Shown piece after piece: positions 35,270 to 44,342 of a stretch of 64,000 bases of DNA. The notes beneath the pieces are model-generated. The model saw only the letters and a program-made list of their open reading frames with translations. It did not search any database and had not been told where the DNA came from. The first letter of the stretch is position 1. Each line of letters begins with the position of its first letter. The position numbers and the translations under genes were made by a program. The stretch lies in the IMG/VR virus record IMGVR_UViG_3300027994_000001, positions 57,776 to 121,775 of that record; one strand, written 5' to 3'. This DNA comes from a virus. Lineage: Duplodnaviria; Heunggongvirae; Uroviricota; Caudoviricetes.

Positions 35270-35632
35270 TCATTTTTCCACAGAAGGCGAGCAGGAACGA
35301 AGGAATGACACGAGGTAAAAGAACACAGAGAACAAACGGAACTCGTCCATATAGAACCAAGTATAATATTTTCTTTCATTCGTGTTTTTAAAGTTTGGAA
35401 TCCACCCTTTATTGTAAAATGCAGCCAACATAGCTTCTTGTTCATAATATTTTACATGTAAAGGGATATTTTTATAGAGTTCATCAAAATCCTTTTCTGT
35501 GGTTTTATGGTACTCGAGTACTTTTTGGAAGCTATTATAAACCTCTCTAAATACAATTCTATCGAAAGTAGATCTTTCTTTATCTATTTCAAATCCTTTT
35601 GGAACTTCAATTTTCAATTCTTGTGTTTTCAT
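35270..35632 (-). CDS. small protein carrying a second, degenerate DGR variable-repeat copy at its C-terminus (candidate secondary or decayed target)
   Basis: C-terminal FRLFSVFFYLVSFLRSCSPSVEK is encoded by VR2. The pre-VR segment KYYTWFYMDEFRL is paralogous to KYFPWWYLGKNFRL in the primary target. Confidence 0.5.
   Translation of the reverse strand: MKTQELKIEVPKGFEIDKERSTFDRIVFREVYNSFQKVLEYHKTTEKDFDELYKNIPLHVKYYEQEAMLAAFYNKGWIPNFKNTNERKYYTWFYMDEFRLFSVFFYLVSFLRSCSPSVEK
35279..35341 (-). repeat. VR2: VR-like repeat diverged from the TR at adenines and carrying two 1-nt insertions
   Basis: Hand-aligned to TR 36662..36722: about 20 substitutions, all at coding-strand TR adenines, plus two single-base insertions. 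It shares the GC-enriched 3' block CTCGCC(T)TCTGTG with VR1. Confidence 0.6.
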
Positions 35633-36584
35633 TTTCGTATTTATTTACTAAGTTTTTACTATTACAGTGGACTAACCAACTCTTATGATTTTTCTTTACT
35701 TTATTTTTAATATATTTTTTCTTAATTGACTTTCTTATCAGAGTATGTGTATGATAATGTTTATATCCCAAAAAATCAATGCTCCGTGCACTTACTGGAA
35801 AAACTTGATAATTTCCTTTTATTTCCAACTTTAGTTGTGTTCTCAGATAGTCTTGGATATTATAAAACCACTCCCATAATTGTTCTTTATTATCTGAAAG
35901 TAAAACCATATCATCACAATATTTGAAATAATATTTTACTTTTAAAACCTCCTTAATCCAATGATCAAAATATGTCAGATAGAAATTTCCAAAAAATTGA
36001 CTTGTGAAATTACCTAATGGAACTCCACTGTGAGAATCTATAATATCGTCTAATAAATATAGCAAATCATTATCTTTAAACTTTCGCCGTAACATTCCTT
36101 TTAATATCTCATTATCTATGTTAGGGAAAAATTTCTTAATGTCTAGTTTAAGGCAGTATTTTGTCCCCTCTGTGTCTTTCAATACCTTTCTTAATTTATA
36201 AGAAGCTTGGTGCACACCTCTTCCCTTCACACAACTATATGTATCAGCGGTAAAAACAGATACAAAAATAGGCTCTAAAATATTTAGTATGGCGTGGTGT
36301 ACAATTCGATCAGGATAGTAAGGCAATTGTGATATTGTTCTTTCTTTTCCATCGGATATTGTAAATACATTATATCTAGACGTTGTAAATTTTTTATCAC
36401 TTAAAGTTTTGTGTAAATTTAAAATATTATCTTCTTCATTCTGTAAATGTTTTATTACTCCGTATTGTTTTAATTTCCCTCTTCTTGCTTTCTTATCTGC
36501 TGACTGTAAGTTTTCAATGTTGATTATTTGCTGGTATAAATTATTGTGTCTTTTCATGCTCTGTGTATATAAACTCACTTTCAA
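35607..36584 (-). CDS. diversity-generating retroelement reverse transcriptase
   Basis: RT motifs LDIKKFFPNID, GVPLGNFTSQFFGNFYL (the DGR-specific [I/L]GxxxSQ in place of the retroviral QGxxxSP), YFKYCDDMVLL (YxDD) and IDFLGYK. About 325 aa, adjacent to a TR/VR pair. Confidence 0.85.
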   Translation of the reverse strand: MKVSLYTQSMKRHNNLYQQIINIENLQSADKKARRGKLKQYGVIKHLQNEEDNILNLHKTLSDKKFTTSRYNVFTISDGKERTISQLPYYPDRIVHHAILNILEPIFVSVFTADTYSCVKGRGVHQASYKLRKVLKDTEGTKYCLKLDIKKFFPNIDNEILKGMLRRKFKDNDLLYLLDDIIDSHSGVPLGNFTSQFFGNFYLTYFDHWIKEVLKVKYYFKYCDDMVLLSDNKEQLWEWFYNIQDYLRTQLKLEIKGNYQVFPVSARSIDFLGYKHYHTHTLIRKSIKKKYIKNKVKKNHKSWLVHCNSKNLVNKYENENTRIEN

Positions 36585-36661
36585 TTACTTTACTAACGAG
36601 TCTTTAAGGCTTTTATTTATTTTTTACCGAGAGGTAAAGTGTTTTTACTTATTTTAAAATC

Positions 36662-36722
36662 TACAGATGTGAGTAGGAACGTTGGAATTATTCGAGTTAT
36701 AGTTCACATTGTTCAAACGGAA
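36662..36722 (-). repeat. DGR template repeat (TR), 61 bp, intergenic between target stop and RT start
   Basis: Coding-strand read TTCCGTTTGAACAATGTGAACTATAACTCGAATAATTCCAACGTTCCTACTCACATCTGTA is rich in AAC/AAT codons. It matches VR1 at 47 of 61 positions; every mismatch is at a TR adenine. Confidence 0.8.
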
Positions 36723-36740
36723 GGGGTAAAAACACTTGTT

Positions 36741-37304
36741 TTAATTCATATAATCTTTCCAAATATCTTTAAACTGAGATGCTGAGTAATTTCCTAATTC
36801 GGAAGATTTGACACAGAGGCGAGAAGGAACGCAGGAACAATCCGAGTAATAGTTCACAGCGCCCAAACGGAAATTCTTACCTAAATACCACCAAGGAAAA
36901 TACTTATATTCGCTGTGATTATCCCAATCAAGTTCAATCCCATTATTTAGAGCCTTAGAAATAACTACAAGTTCTTGGCAAGCTACTACTTTTCTTTCTA
37001 AATTTGGTGTGTTTTTTAACAGCCTTAATTGAAGAACTTCATTATCTATCTCTCCCAACTGTTTACATGCATCCTCAACTGTCTTTATATCCTCCCAAGT
37101 GTCACGTACATCAAAAATCTCTTTAACAATGGGTAACTGCTCCGCTGTACAAGCTGTAATCATCTCGTTAATTTGTTTTTCTGTGAATTTTATTTCCGCG
37201 GAAAATGGATCTTCTGAGCCGAAAGCTTTTATTTTCTTCTTCCAAGAATCACAGGCAATATCGTGTATCTGTTTTAACTCTTCTCTGGTTATACTATTTT
37301 TCAT
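36741..37304 (-). CDS. DGR target protein (187 aa) with variable repeat near its C-terminus
   Basis: VR1 encodes FRLGAVNYYSDCSCVPSRLC, against the TR-encoded FRLNNVNYNSNNSNVPTHIC. The ORF stop lies 19 nt upstream of the TR on the coding strand. Confidence 0.75.
   Translation of the reverse strand: MKNSITREELKQIHDIACDSWKKKIKAFGSEDPFSAEIKFTEKQINEMITACTAEQLPIVKEIFDVRDTWEDIKTVEDACKQLGEIDNEVLQLRLLKNTPNLERKVVACQELVVISKALNNGIELDWDNHSEYKYFPWWYLGKNFRLGAVNYYSDCSCVPSRLCVKSSELGNYSASQFKDIWKDYMN
36812..36872 (-). repeat. DGR variable repeat VR1
   Basis: Ungapped 61-bp alignment to the TR at an offset of +150. 14 mismatches at + coordinates 36812, 18, 20, 24, 32, 33, 38, 39, 42, 48, 59, 60, 62 and 63, all opposite TR T on the + strand (A on the coding strand). 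Confidence 0.8.
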
Positions 37305-37306
37305 AA

Positions 37307-38086
37307 TTATTTATTTAAAATCATTTCTTTAATATCCTGAACATGCTTACTTCCCCATTTTTGCAGAGCGTATCTAGCTTTGGCTTCAATAATTGAAATC
37401 AATGGAACAATTTTATAAGTAAAGCCTTTATACTCCAATAGTTCGTATTTCTGGTTAGGATCGATTCTTACATCAGCTTTAACGCCGTCAATATAGATGC
37501 TTTCATTATAGTCCGAACTTGAAAATCTATCTTCACCGCTTTCAATATCTAATCCATCAGCCTTAAGAATTTGGTAAAACGGTAGAATAAAATCATAATC
37601 CGCTTCTCCGTCTCTGAATCTTTCAAGTCTCACACCTTGTAAATATAAACTGATACTGCCACCTACTATAAGATTAGGATTGCTTTCCTGAAGAGTTTTT
37701 ACAGTTGATAAGTGCATAGCTTCGTCTAGTCTTTCAGATTCTTTGGCTTTTCTAATCTCTTTTAATTCTTTTTCGCCGATTTCTTCTAAAAATTTAATAC
37801 ATCTTGTGGTGTTTTTATGAGTGTCTTCTTTAAATTCACCTAAAATTTCTATTTTAAAAAATCTATTTGAACCATTATTACTGTAATGGTTAAACACTTC
37901 ATCAAGCTCATTCCAATAACTTATAGCTTTACTTGAATCTAATTCTAACTTAGATTTGATTACGTTATATCCTTCTGGTAATTCTTGCGTTTCTCCCTTA
38001 TCGTCAATGTAGTAAGTTTTACCTATTTCAAACTGCACTTTATTGAGCTGCATGTTATTATCTGTTCCTTTAAATCCTAATTTCAT
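37307..38086 (-). CDS. hypothetical protein (259 aa) immediately upstream of the DGR target
   Basis: Long minus-strand ORF with its stop 2 nt from the target's ATG; no recognisable motif. Confidence 0.45.
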   Translation of the reverse strand: MKLGFKGTDNNMQLNKVQFEIGKTYYIDDKGETQELPEGYNVIKSKLELDSSKAISYWNELDEVFNHYSNNGSNRFFKIEILGEFKEDTHKNTTRCIKFLEEIGEKELKEIRKAKESERLDEAMHLSTVKTLQESNPNLIVGGSISLYLQGVRLERFRDGEADYDFILPFYQILKADGLDIESGEDRFSSSDYNESIYIDGVKADVRIDPNQKYELLEYKGFTYKIVPLISIIEAKARYALQKWGSKHVQDIKEMILNK

Positions 38087-38285
38087 ATAATAATGTATTT
38101 AATGTTTTCTTCTGTTTCTTTTACTTCTCCCTGCTCCAGAATCTGTTGTGCTGTTTCTGGATGTATTTCGTGGATTAACGCAATTGTTACGCCCATATAT
38201 ATGACCTTCATAAGTTTGTTTTTGAATCTCTTTCCCGCAAATGTAAGTTATATATTTTAATCTCGCAATAGTTTTTGTAAAAATA

Positions 38286-39209
38286 TTAAAAATTTCCATA
38301 TTCAACCTGAAAAACTTTCAATCCGAGTGCCCTAGCTCTTCTACAAACGGAATTTCTATCGTCTATTAAGGTAAGAATGTAGTTATTTTTCGCTATTTCT
38401 TCCCACAATTCCATTTTTACTATATCATCTGACCTAAAATCTCCTGATTTTCTCATATATAAGGTTATTTCAACATCTTCAAGATCTAATTCTAGATTAT
38501 CTCTTAACCATTTTTCTGTTTCTTCTCTACAACCCTCATCTCGACCCGAACAGAAAATTAATTCTGGCTGGTCTAAAGTCATATACAAATGTGCAAAAAG
38601 CTCTGCTACAGGAAAATCCAGTTTATCTTCTGAGACTTTTTTCCAGTCAAAAGGGCTTCTATTTCCCATATGTGCGAGTGTCCCATCAATGTCAAAAACG
38701 TAGCAAGCTGGTTTTTCTATGTCATTCTCAAATACAATAGGTTCAAAATCTTTTACAGGAATACCTTGTCTTTGCAGTTCCATATATTGATTGTGCTGTC
38801 TTTTTATTACTTCTGCTCCAACACTTCTGTTTCTTTTTGAATCTCTTTCTATTGCTTTTTCCGGCGAAATATCAAAATATTTGTAGCTTATTGGCACATT
38901 CCAATACTGAAACCTATCAAGGAACTCTTTCTTAAGGTGTGTGGCATCCACTAATACAGTTTTATTTTCTGCTAATCCTTCGTGAATTAAAACATCTTCA
39001 TACTTTGTTACCTGTTTTTCTAACTTAGAGATGTCTGGTCTGGAATAGTATTCTTTAATTGACTCTTCTGAGAAAGAAAACATCAATTCTCTGATTTTGT
39101 CCCGATTTACTACCAATACCCCTGTTGGATTTGCTCTCCATTGTTCGTGTGCATACGTCGATTTACCGCTGCCGGATATTCCCACTAAAACTTCTATCTT
39201 TTTACTCAT
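38286..39209 (-). CDS. pnk: polynucleotide 5'-kinase/3'-phosphatase (T4 Pnk-like)
   Basis: N-terminal P-loop GISGSGKST; C-terminal HAD phosphatase motif VFDIDGTLAH (DxDGT) and downstream acidic HAD blocks. Confidence 0.8.
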   Translation of the reverse strand: MSKKIEVLVGISGSGKSTYAHEQWRANPTGVLVVNRDKIRELMFSFSEESIKEYYSRPDISKLEKQVTKYEDVLIHEGLAENKTVLVDATHLKKEFLDRFQYWNVPISYKYFDISPEKAIERDSKRNRSVGAEVIKRQHNQYMELQRQGIPVKDFEPIVFENDIEKPACYVFDIDGTLAHMGNRSPFDWKKVSEDKLDFPVAELFAHLYMTLDQPELIFCSGRDEGCREETEKWLRDNLELDLEDVEITLYMRKSGDFRSDDIVKMELWEEIAKNNYILTLIDDRNSVCRRARALGLKVFQVEYGNF

Positions 39210-39879
39210 AATGAAATTGTCTTGTGTTATTTGCTTGAAGCATTATATTTAATAAATCATCATCTGTTTCTTGGATATAATAATTCTCCAATAAGTGATT
39301 CTGATACATGTCGGAGGCTTTTTGTCTTAGATAACCTTCCATTTCTATGCAATACTTTTTATCCTTTAAATTCAAAGCTATTTTCTGTATTTCTTCTTTT
39401 TTCGGCAAAATATTATCAATCAAACACTCCGCAATATAAAGGCTTCTATTAGCGTGAAATAATTTGTTTTTATTGTTATGTAGTTTTAAATCCCGTTTTG
39501 CAACTCCGCAATATGCTCGAATGAGCTTAAAAGTTCTGCATGTCTTCAAAACTTGCTCTCCAATCCTCTCATTTCCCCCAGTAAACAGTAAAATATCAGA
39601 ATGAATTGTACCATCACCACTCTTTAAATTAGCCCAAAACTGTTCTTCTGAAACCCAAATATATTGAGAGTTGTTTTCTAAGTCATCATATTGAAAACTA
39701 TGAATACTCGGTAAGCCGTTGACCTTTTCTTTAAAAACACTATCGTAATTATATACTCTCATATAATCATAGTCACTGTCTTCCTTGTTTGTACCGAAAA
39801 GCCTTGATCCAAATTCATATTCAATGTATCTGGATTTATTAAGCCGTTCGTGTTGTTCTTTTGTTATTTTTATGTTCAT
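39202..39879 (-). CDS. Pol-beta-superfamily nucleotidyltransferase-domain protein (paralog 1)
   Basis: FGSRLFGTNKEDSDYDYM fits the NTase signature hG[GS]x9-13Dh[DE]h. Confidence 0.5.
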   Translation of the reverse strand: MNIKITKEQHERLNKSRYIEYEFGSRLFGTNKEDSDYDYMRVYNYDSVFKEKVNGLPSIHSFQYDDLENNSQYIWVSEEQFWANLKSGDGTIHSDILLFTGGNERIGEQVLKTCRTFKLIRAYCGVAKRDLKLHNNKNKLFHANRSLYIAECLIDNILPKKEEIQKIALNLKDKKYCIEMEGYLRQKASDMYQNHLLENYYIQETDDDLLNIMLQANNTRQFHYE

Positions 39880-40541
39880 ATCAATAATTTTAGTTCCTCT
39901 AATAAGTCAGTGTTAAAACAGTTGTGTTTTTCAAGAATTTCTTTTATACTTCTTAACTTTTCTGTTTGTTTTTCTATCGGGTTTAGCTTTTTAAACTCCG
40001 TGGCCTTACTATTAAACAAAGTCCTATACTTATCATTTATTTTATCCCACAATTCTTGCCTGTCATGATAAGCTGATAATTTATATAAGTCTCTTAGCAG
40101 CCAATTCATATTTGAATAATCAAGTATCTTACCTTCTCTCATAATTTGAATTGCAAAATCTAATATCCTAATAGAATGAAATATAGATTTAAGTGCAATA
40201 TCTAAGTCATAATCTCCGATAACAATAAGTTTCTTTTTTCCTTTAACCCAACTATTTGATGTTAACATTGATATATTTCGTCTAAAGGATTCTTTATTTA
40301 TATCAACTGTTGGGAATTCCCACTTATAAACTTCAAAGGTACTCTTATCTGCAAAATAAACTTCTAAACAAGCAATATCTCCGTTTTTAACAGCCGTTAT
40401 AAAAGATTCTTTAGTAAAACAGTGAATATTTACATCTTCTATTTTTTCTAGTTCGTCTTGTATCACAATATAATCATGATCAGATTTTTCTGAATGGCTT
40501 CCGTACAGTCTACTACCAAATAAGCATTTGTTTAAAATCAT
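39876..40541 (-). CDS. Pol-beta-superfamily nucleotidyltransferase-domain protein (paralog 2)
   Basis: FGSRLYGSHSEKSDHDYIV is the same signature; similar length and a 4-nt overlap with paralog 1. Confidence 0.5.
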   Translation of the reverse strand: MILNKCLFGSRLYGSHSEKSDHDYIVIQDELEKIEDVNIHCFTKESFITAVKNGDIACLEVYFADKSTFEVYKWEFPTVDINKESFRRNISMLTSNSWVKGKKKLIVIGDYDLDIALKSIFHSIRILDFAIQIMREGKILDYSNMNWLLRDLYKLSAYHDRQELWDKINDKYRTLFNSKATEFKKLNPIEKQTEKLRSIKEILEKHNCFNTDLLEELKLLI

Positions 40542-41530
40542 AATCTTTCAAATTTAGGTTTAATAGCCTTCCAAATTACTTGGGAATAGTCTTTATCATT
40601 ATACATATTGAATAAAATTCCTGACAAAGAGTACTTTAAAGCATCTAAAGCAAACTGTTTTTTATCTGTTGTATTAATTATTTTAAATACATATTTATAT
40701 TGGGCTTCTATTAAAAGATACTCTGACCACAACTTTTCAACAAATTCATCGACTTTATTATAAAATTCATCTGGAACTCCTTCTAAAATACTCATGATAT
40801 CATCACCGTTCTTTAAACATTCCCAAACAGAGGTTGTAGATACAGCTGTCATAATTCTGTGCAATCTCAAATACTCGTCACCTTTTATTTTACATCTTTC
40901 TCCATTATAAAACCTTACAACATATCCTTCTTCTGTTTCTTTTATTTCTTTGTTTAATTCTTTTAGTGGCGTTTTTGAATCAAAATTTTTTACTTTGTTA
41001 GGAAAATGAACCTCTTCTAAACTTTTTTCCACACCGGACTCAGTTTCAAATACTCCTGTTAAAATAACTCCTTCAAACTCCCCATAATCACATACAATTC
41101 TGTTGTTTTTATAGATTATCTCAAAACAATATGTATACTCTTTACTGAATTCACTGTAATCAGAAATAGCTTCTAAAAATTCTCTACCTTTAAGAGCTTG
41201 ATCAGATGTAAATGAACCGCGGGAAGCAAAAACCCAAGAATCATCATAATAGAATAAAATACCTAATGAACCATCAAGCTTCTCGTAAATATCATATTTA
41301 TCACATATATTAGTCTTACCCTCTGATAGATTAAAAAACTTCTTGAAAGGCTTAGCTACTACATTTCCTTTATCATCTGTTACAAGTCCTCTGCACATCA
41401 TTATGATATCGTTCCACAAGCTTTCATATTGAACTTTATCTGAATAGTTCCATATAAGTAATGGGAGTGTTGGGTGCTTCTGTTTGAAAACTAAACCTTT
41501 TTTTTCGTATTTTAACAGTATGTCTAACAT
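40538..41530 (-). CDS. ATP-dependent RNA ligase, Rnl1-like
   Basis: Nucleotidyltransferase motif I KxDG present as YEKLDGSLGILFY, resembling T4 Rnl1 KEDGSL; about 330 aa, adjacent to the pnk block. Confidence 0.65.
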   Translation of the reverse strand: MLDILLKYEKKGLVFKQKHPTLPLLIWNYSDKVQYESLWNDIIMMCRGLVTDDKGNVVAKPFKKFFNLSEGKTNICDKYDIYEKLDGSLGILFYYDDSWVFASRGSFTSDQALKGREFLEAISDYSEFSKEYTYCFEIIYKNNRIVCDYGEFEGVILTGVFETESGVEKSLEEVHFPNKVKNFDSKTPLKELNKEIKETEEGYVVRFYNGERCKIKGDEYLRLHRIMTAVSTTSVWECLKNGDDIMSILEGVPDEFYNKVDEFVEKLWSEYLLIEAQYKYVFKIINTTDKKQFALDALKYSLSGILFNMYNDKDYSQVIWKAIKPKFERL

Positions 41531-43784
41531 AATCTAAAATAAATCACCGCCATTTAACAAATCCCCTATAATTCCGCCTTCTAAAGAACCGCCAAGAAGT
41601 CCTCCTAATAAAGCTGAATCTGTTGCATATCCTATAACTCCCGACAAAAGTAAATCTGTTGTATTGTCTTTACTGCTTTCTGAAACTTCTACTTTTACAT
41701 AATCTAATTGATCTGAGTAAGATAGTGCCTTATAAGTTTCTTTTCTTAGCATTACACCTGTATTTTTATTTTGATATACTTTCATAAGCTTGTCCGTATT
41801 TAATTAATGTTTTTAAAAAATTTATTCCTTCTTCCTTTGTGTTGTACTGCCAATAACAATCATTGAGAATTAGATCATACTGCTCTTTTGTCAATAAACC
41901 TTTTTCTAAGCAGTCTGTTAATGCATTACCTATGTATTGTTCATCTGTGCTTTCGTATTCTGCTAAGAGAATTTTGTATAGTTTTTTCATTATATTTTTA
42001 CCAGCTCACTTTTACAACATAATCTCCTTCTTCAATAAATCCATCCTCATATAATACCTGAAATATGTGACTTATTGAGTGATTGCCATATTCACCATTT
42101 CTTATGTCTTCTGCCTCTGTACCAAAAAACACTGTCATATTTGGAGCTTTGAAATCATAAGATGAATAGTTATTAGCCTCGTGTTGTGCTACGAATTCTA
42201 AATCTCCTCCGTATTTCGATTGTACAAAGTCATCAAAATCAAAACTATCAATTGTAAATATTGTTTGTTTTTTAAAAATGCTACTCGTTTTCATAATTAC
42301 AGTTTGATTGATTAAATATCTCCTTGAAAATCGGCAGGATTAATGCCTTGTTGTTCTAAAATTTCGAAACCAGTAATAGTATCTTTTACTTTATCCCAAT
42401 ACCTAGTCGTTGAATTCCAAGTGTATTCCTTGCTTTTATCGCCGGAAGAATAAAAATCTAAAGCTCTTAATGCTCCGTTACCTATTCCTGCGTTATTCAT
42501 TGCCGATGCAATATCTATTCCTGTTACTATTTGTGTATCTCCTGTAAGCCAGAAGAGTGTGAAGTTTAGTGTGTTCATGTTATAGTTTATATATTTTAAT
42601 TGCTCTTAGAAACACTTGTATTGATTTATCTGTTTCTGTTAGTTTTACTCTGTTTTCTTTTTGTATCTGGATGTGTTTTGAAAGATTTTCCTCTGTTTTT
42701 AATCTTTTTTCCGGCGAATTCTGCTTGTATTGAGAAATTGAATCTTTTATTAGCTGTTTCTGAATCATATTATTTACAATTTTCACAACAAGTTTTACCA
42801 TTTTCCCAATAAAGTTCGCTACTTCTAACTATCTCTCCACAATTTGAGCACATTTCAACGTTCTTCCCTGCTTCATAATCAGTGTAGTCATACTTATAAT
42901 CGTCTGCAAAATGTCCCATAATTATCCTCTTATTATTTCTATAATGTCTGTTTCTGAATTCGATGCTCTTAAAGTCTTCCCTGCGTGGGTACGACTTCCA
43001 ACTTTAGTTTTTGCTTCATCGTACCAAACTAAATGGTCGAAGTAATCTGATTCTGGCAGAGGTTCTTTGTAATACATTATTGAACCATCTCTGGCGATAA
43101 GTTTATCGTTTTTTACACAACTTCTAAGGTCTACTGAGTCGGGTGATTCTACCCACTCTAAATCAAATACTTTTCTTGTGTATTCATCTATATTAAATTC
43201 TTCTTTCATGATACTATAGTTTTAATTAAAAAATCTCGATAAGGTTTATTTGTCTCCCCTAGTATATACCAAAGTTTCTCATTTAATGTAAGGAAAGGGT
43301 ATTTGTTTAGAAGCAGTTTGTATTTTTTCTTCTTTTTCCGCGGAATTCTAGTATAATTGTAAAACGGACTAAGCTGTTTTGGTGCTATGAAATTATCCAT
43401 TACTTTTGATATCCTCTATAATTAAACAGCCTGAACAAATGTCTGTGATAGATTTCCAATAATCAGATAAACTCCCTGACCCTGTTGAAACTCTTTTTCT
43501 CTCGCCTTCTGGAAACTCGATATTAAATGTCCAAAATTGAGCAGGAGCACCTTCAACCCAAATTTCAATTTTACAGCCAAAAAATAATATTTCCCCTACT
43601 CTTATTGAAGTCCAATTAGGTATATCTTTAAACTTATTTAATCCTAGTTCTATGAACAATTCTTGATCTCCGTAATATGTGCTGAATGTCGTCATATTTT
43701 TTAGTTTTTATCTTTTTAGCGGCAAAAGTAGAAACGATCACACCTCCGTTATTATTTCGGGAGCACCATGTTTTGCCATTGTTA

Positions 43785-44342
43785 TTACCTGCCGTATCCA
43801 AAAGCCACACTAATTGTCTGTGGGTTAAATTTGAATGTTGTCGTTATAAAATTCTTCTTTATTTTGATAAAATACTTTAGTCCTGCGTCTATGTGTGTTA
43901 CCCTTGCTTCTGAAACTTTACTGTTGTTTATGAAAGTTAAGTTTTGATAGTTTGTTACTCCTGATAGTAAATACAGTTGTTTTAACCAGCATGTTTTACA
44001 GATGCTTACTCCAAAGTTTAAACTTACTGCTCTTGTTTCTGTTTTTAAAGTTTTTTCTCCGCCGAAATTTAAATTTTCTGTTTCACAATTACAATCCGCT
44101 GTTATGGGAGTATCTGTTTTATAAATCCTATTTCCTGACATATAATTAGAATGCTCCGCCCCCAATAATAAATCATTTAAATATTCTCTATTCTGATCAG
44201 TTTTTATAATGAAATTTAAACCAATCAAATAACCTGTGTTTTTATCCTCACTCAATACAGAGCCGGTATAAAGCTCATAATTCTGGCTGTATACCGATCC
44301 TGTAATAAGAAGAGCTAATAAAAGCTTTTTCATTAGTTGCAA
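43785..44342 (-). CDS. outer-membrane beta-barrel-type protein with signal peptide
   Basis: N-terminal MQLMKKLLLALLITGSVYSQ signal; alternating hydrophobic/Tyr-rich pattern typical of small OMP beta-barrels; C-terminal FGYGR. Confidence 0.45.
   Translation of the reverse strand: MQLMKKLLLALLITGSVYSQNYELYTGSVLSEDKNTGYLIGLNFIIKTDQNREYLNDLLLGAEHSNYMSGNRIYKTDTPITADCNCETENLNFGGEKTLKTETRAVSLNFGVSICKTCWLKQLYLLSGVTNYQNLTFINNSKVSEARVTHIDAGLKYFIKIKKNFITTTFKFNPQTISVAFGYGR

Noticed and set aside
35206-35445. 79-aa ORF overlapping VR2 in another frame
   Set aside because: It lies entirely inside the longer 35270..35632 ORF, which reads VR2 in the TR/VR frame; likely a shadow ORF.
35270-35632. Avd (accessory variability determinant) assignment for the 120-aa ORF downstream of the RT
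   Set aside because: Its position (3' of the RT rather than between target and TR) and its VR-derived, hydrophobic C-terminus do not fit an Avd helical bundle. It is better explained as a second or decayed target.
38099-38305. 68-aa Arg-rich ORF overlapping the 5' end of the gene upstream of pnk
   Set aside because: Short, low-complexity basic tail and no motif; probably spurious or at most a tiny leader peptide.
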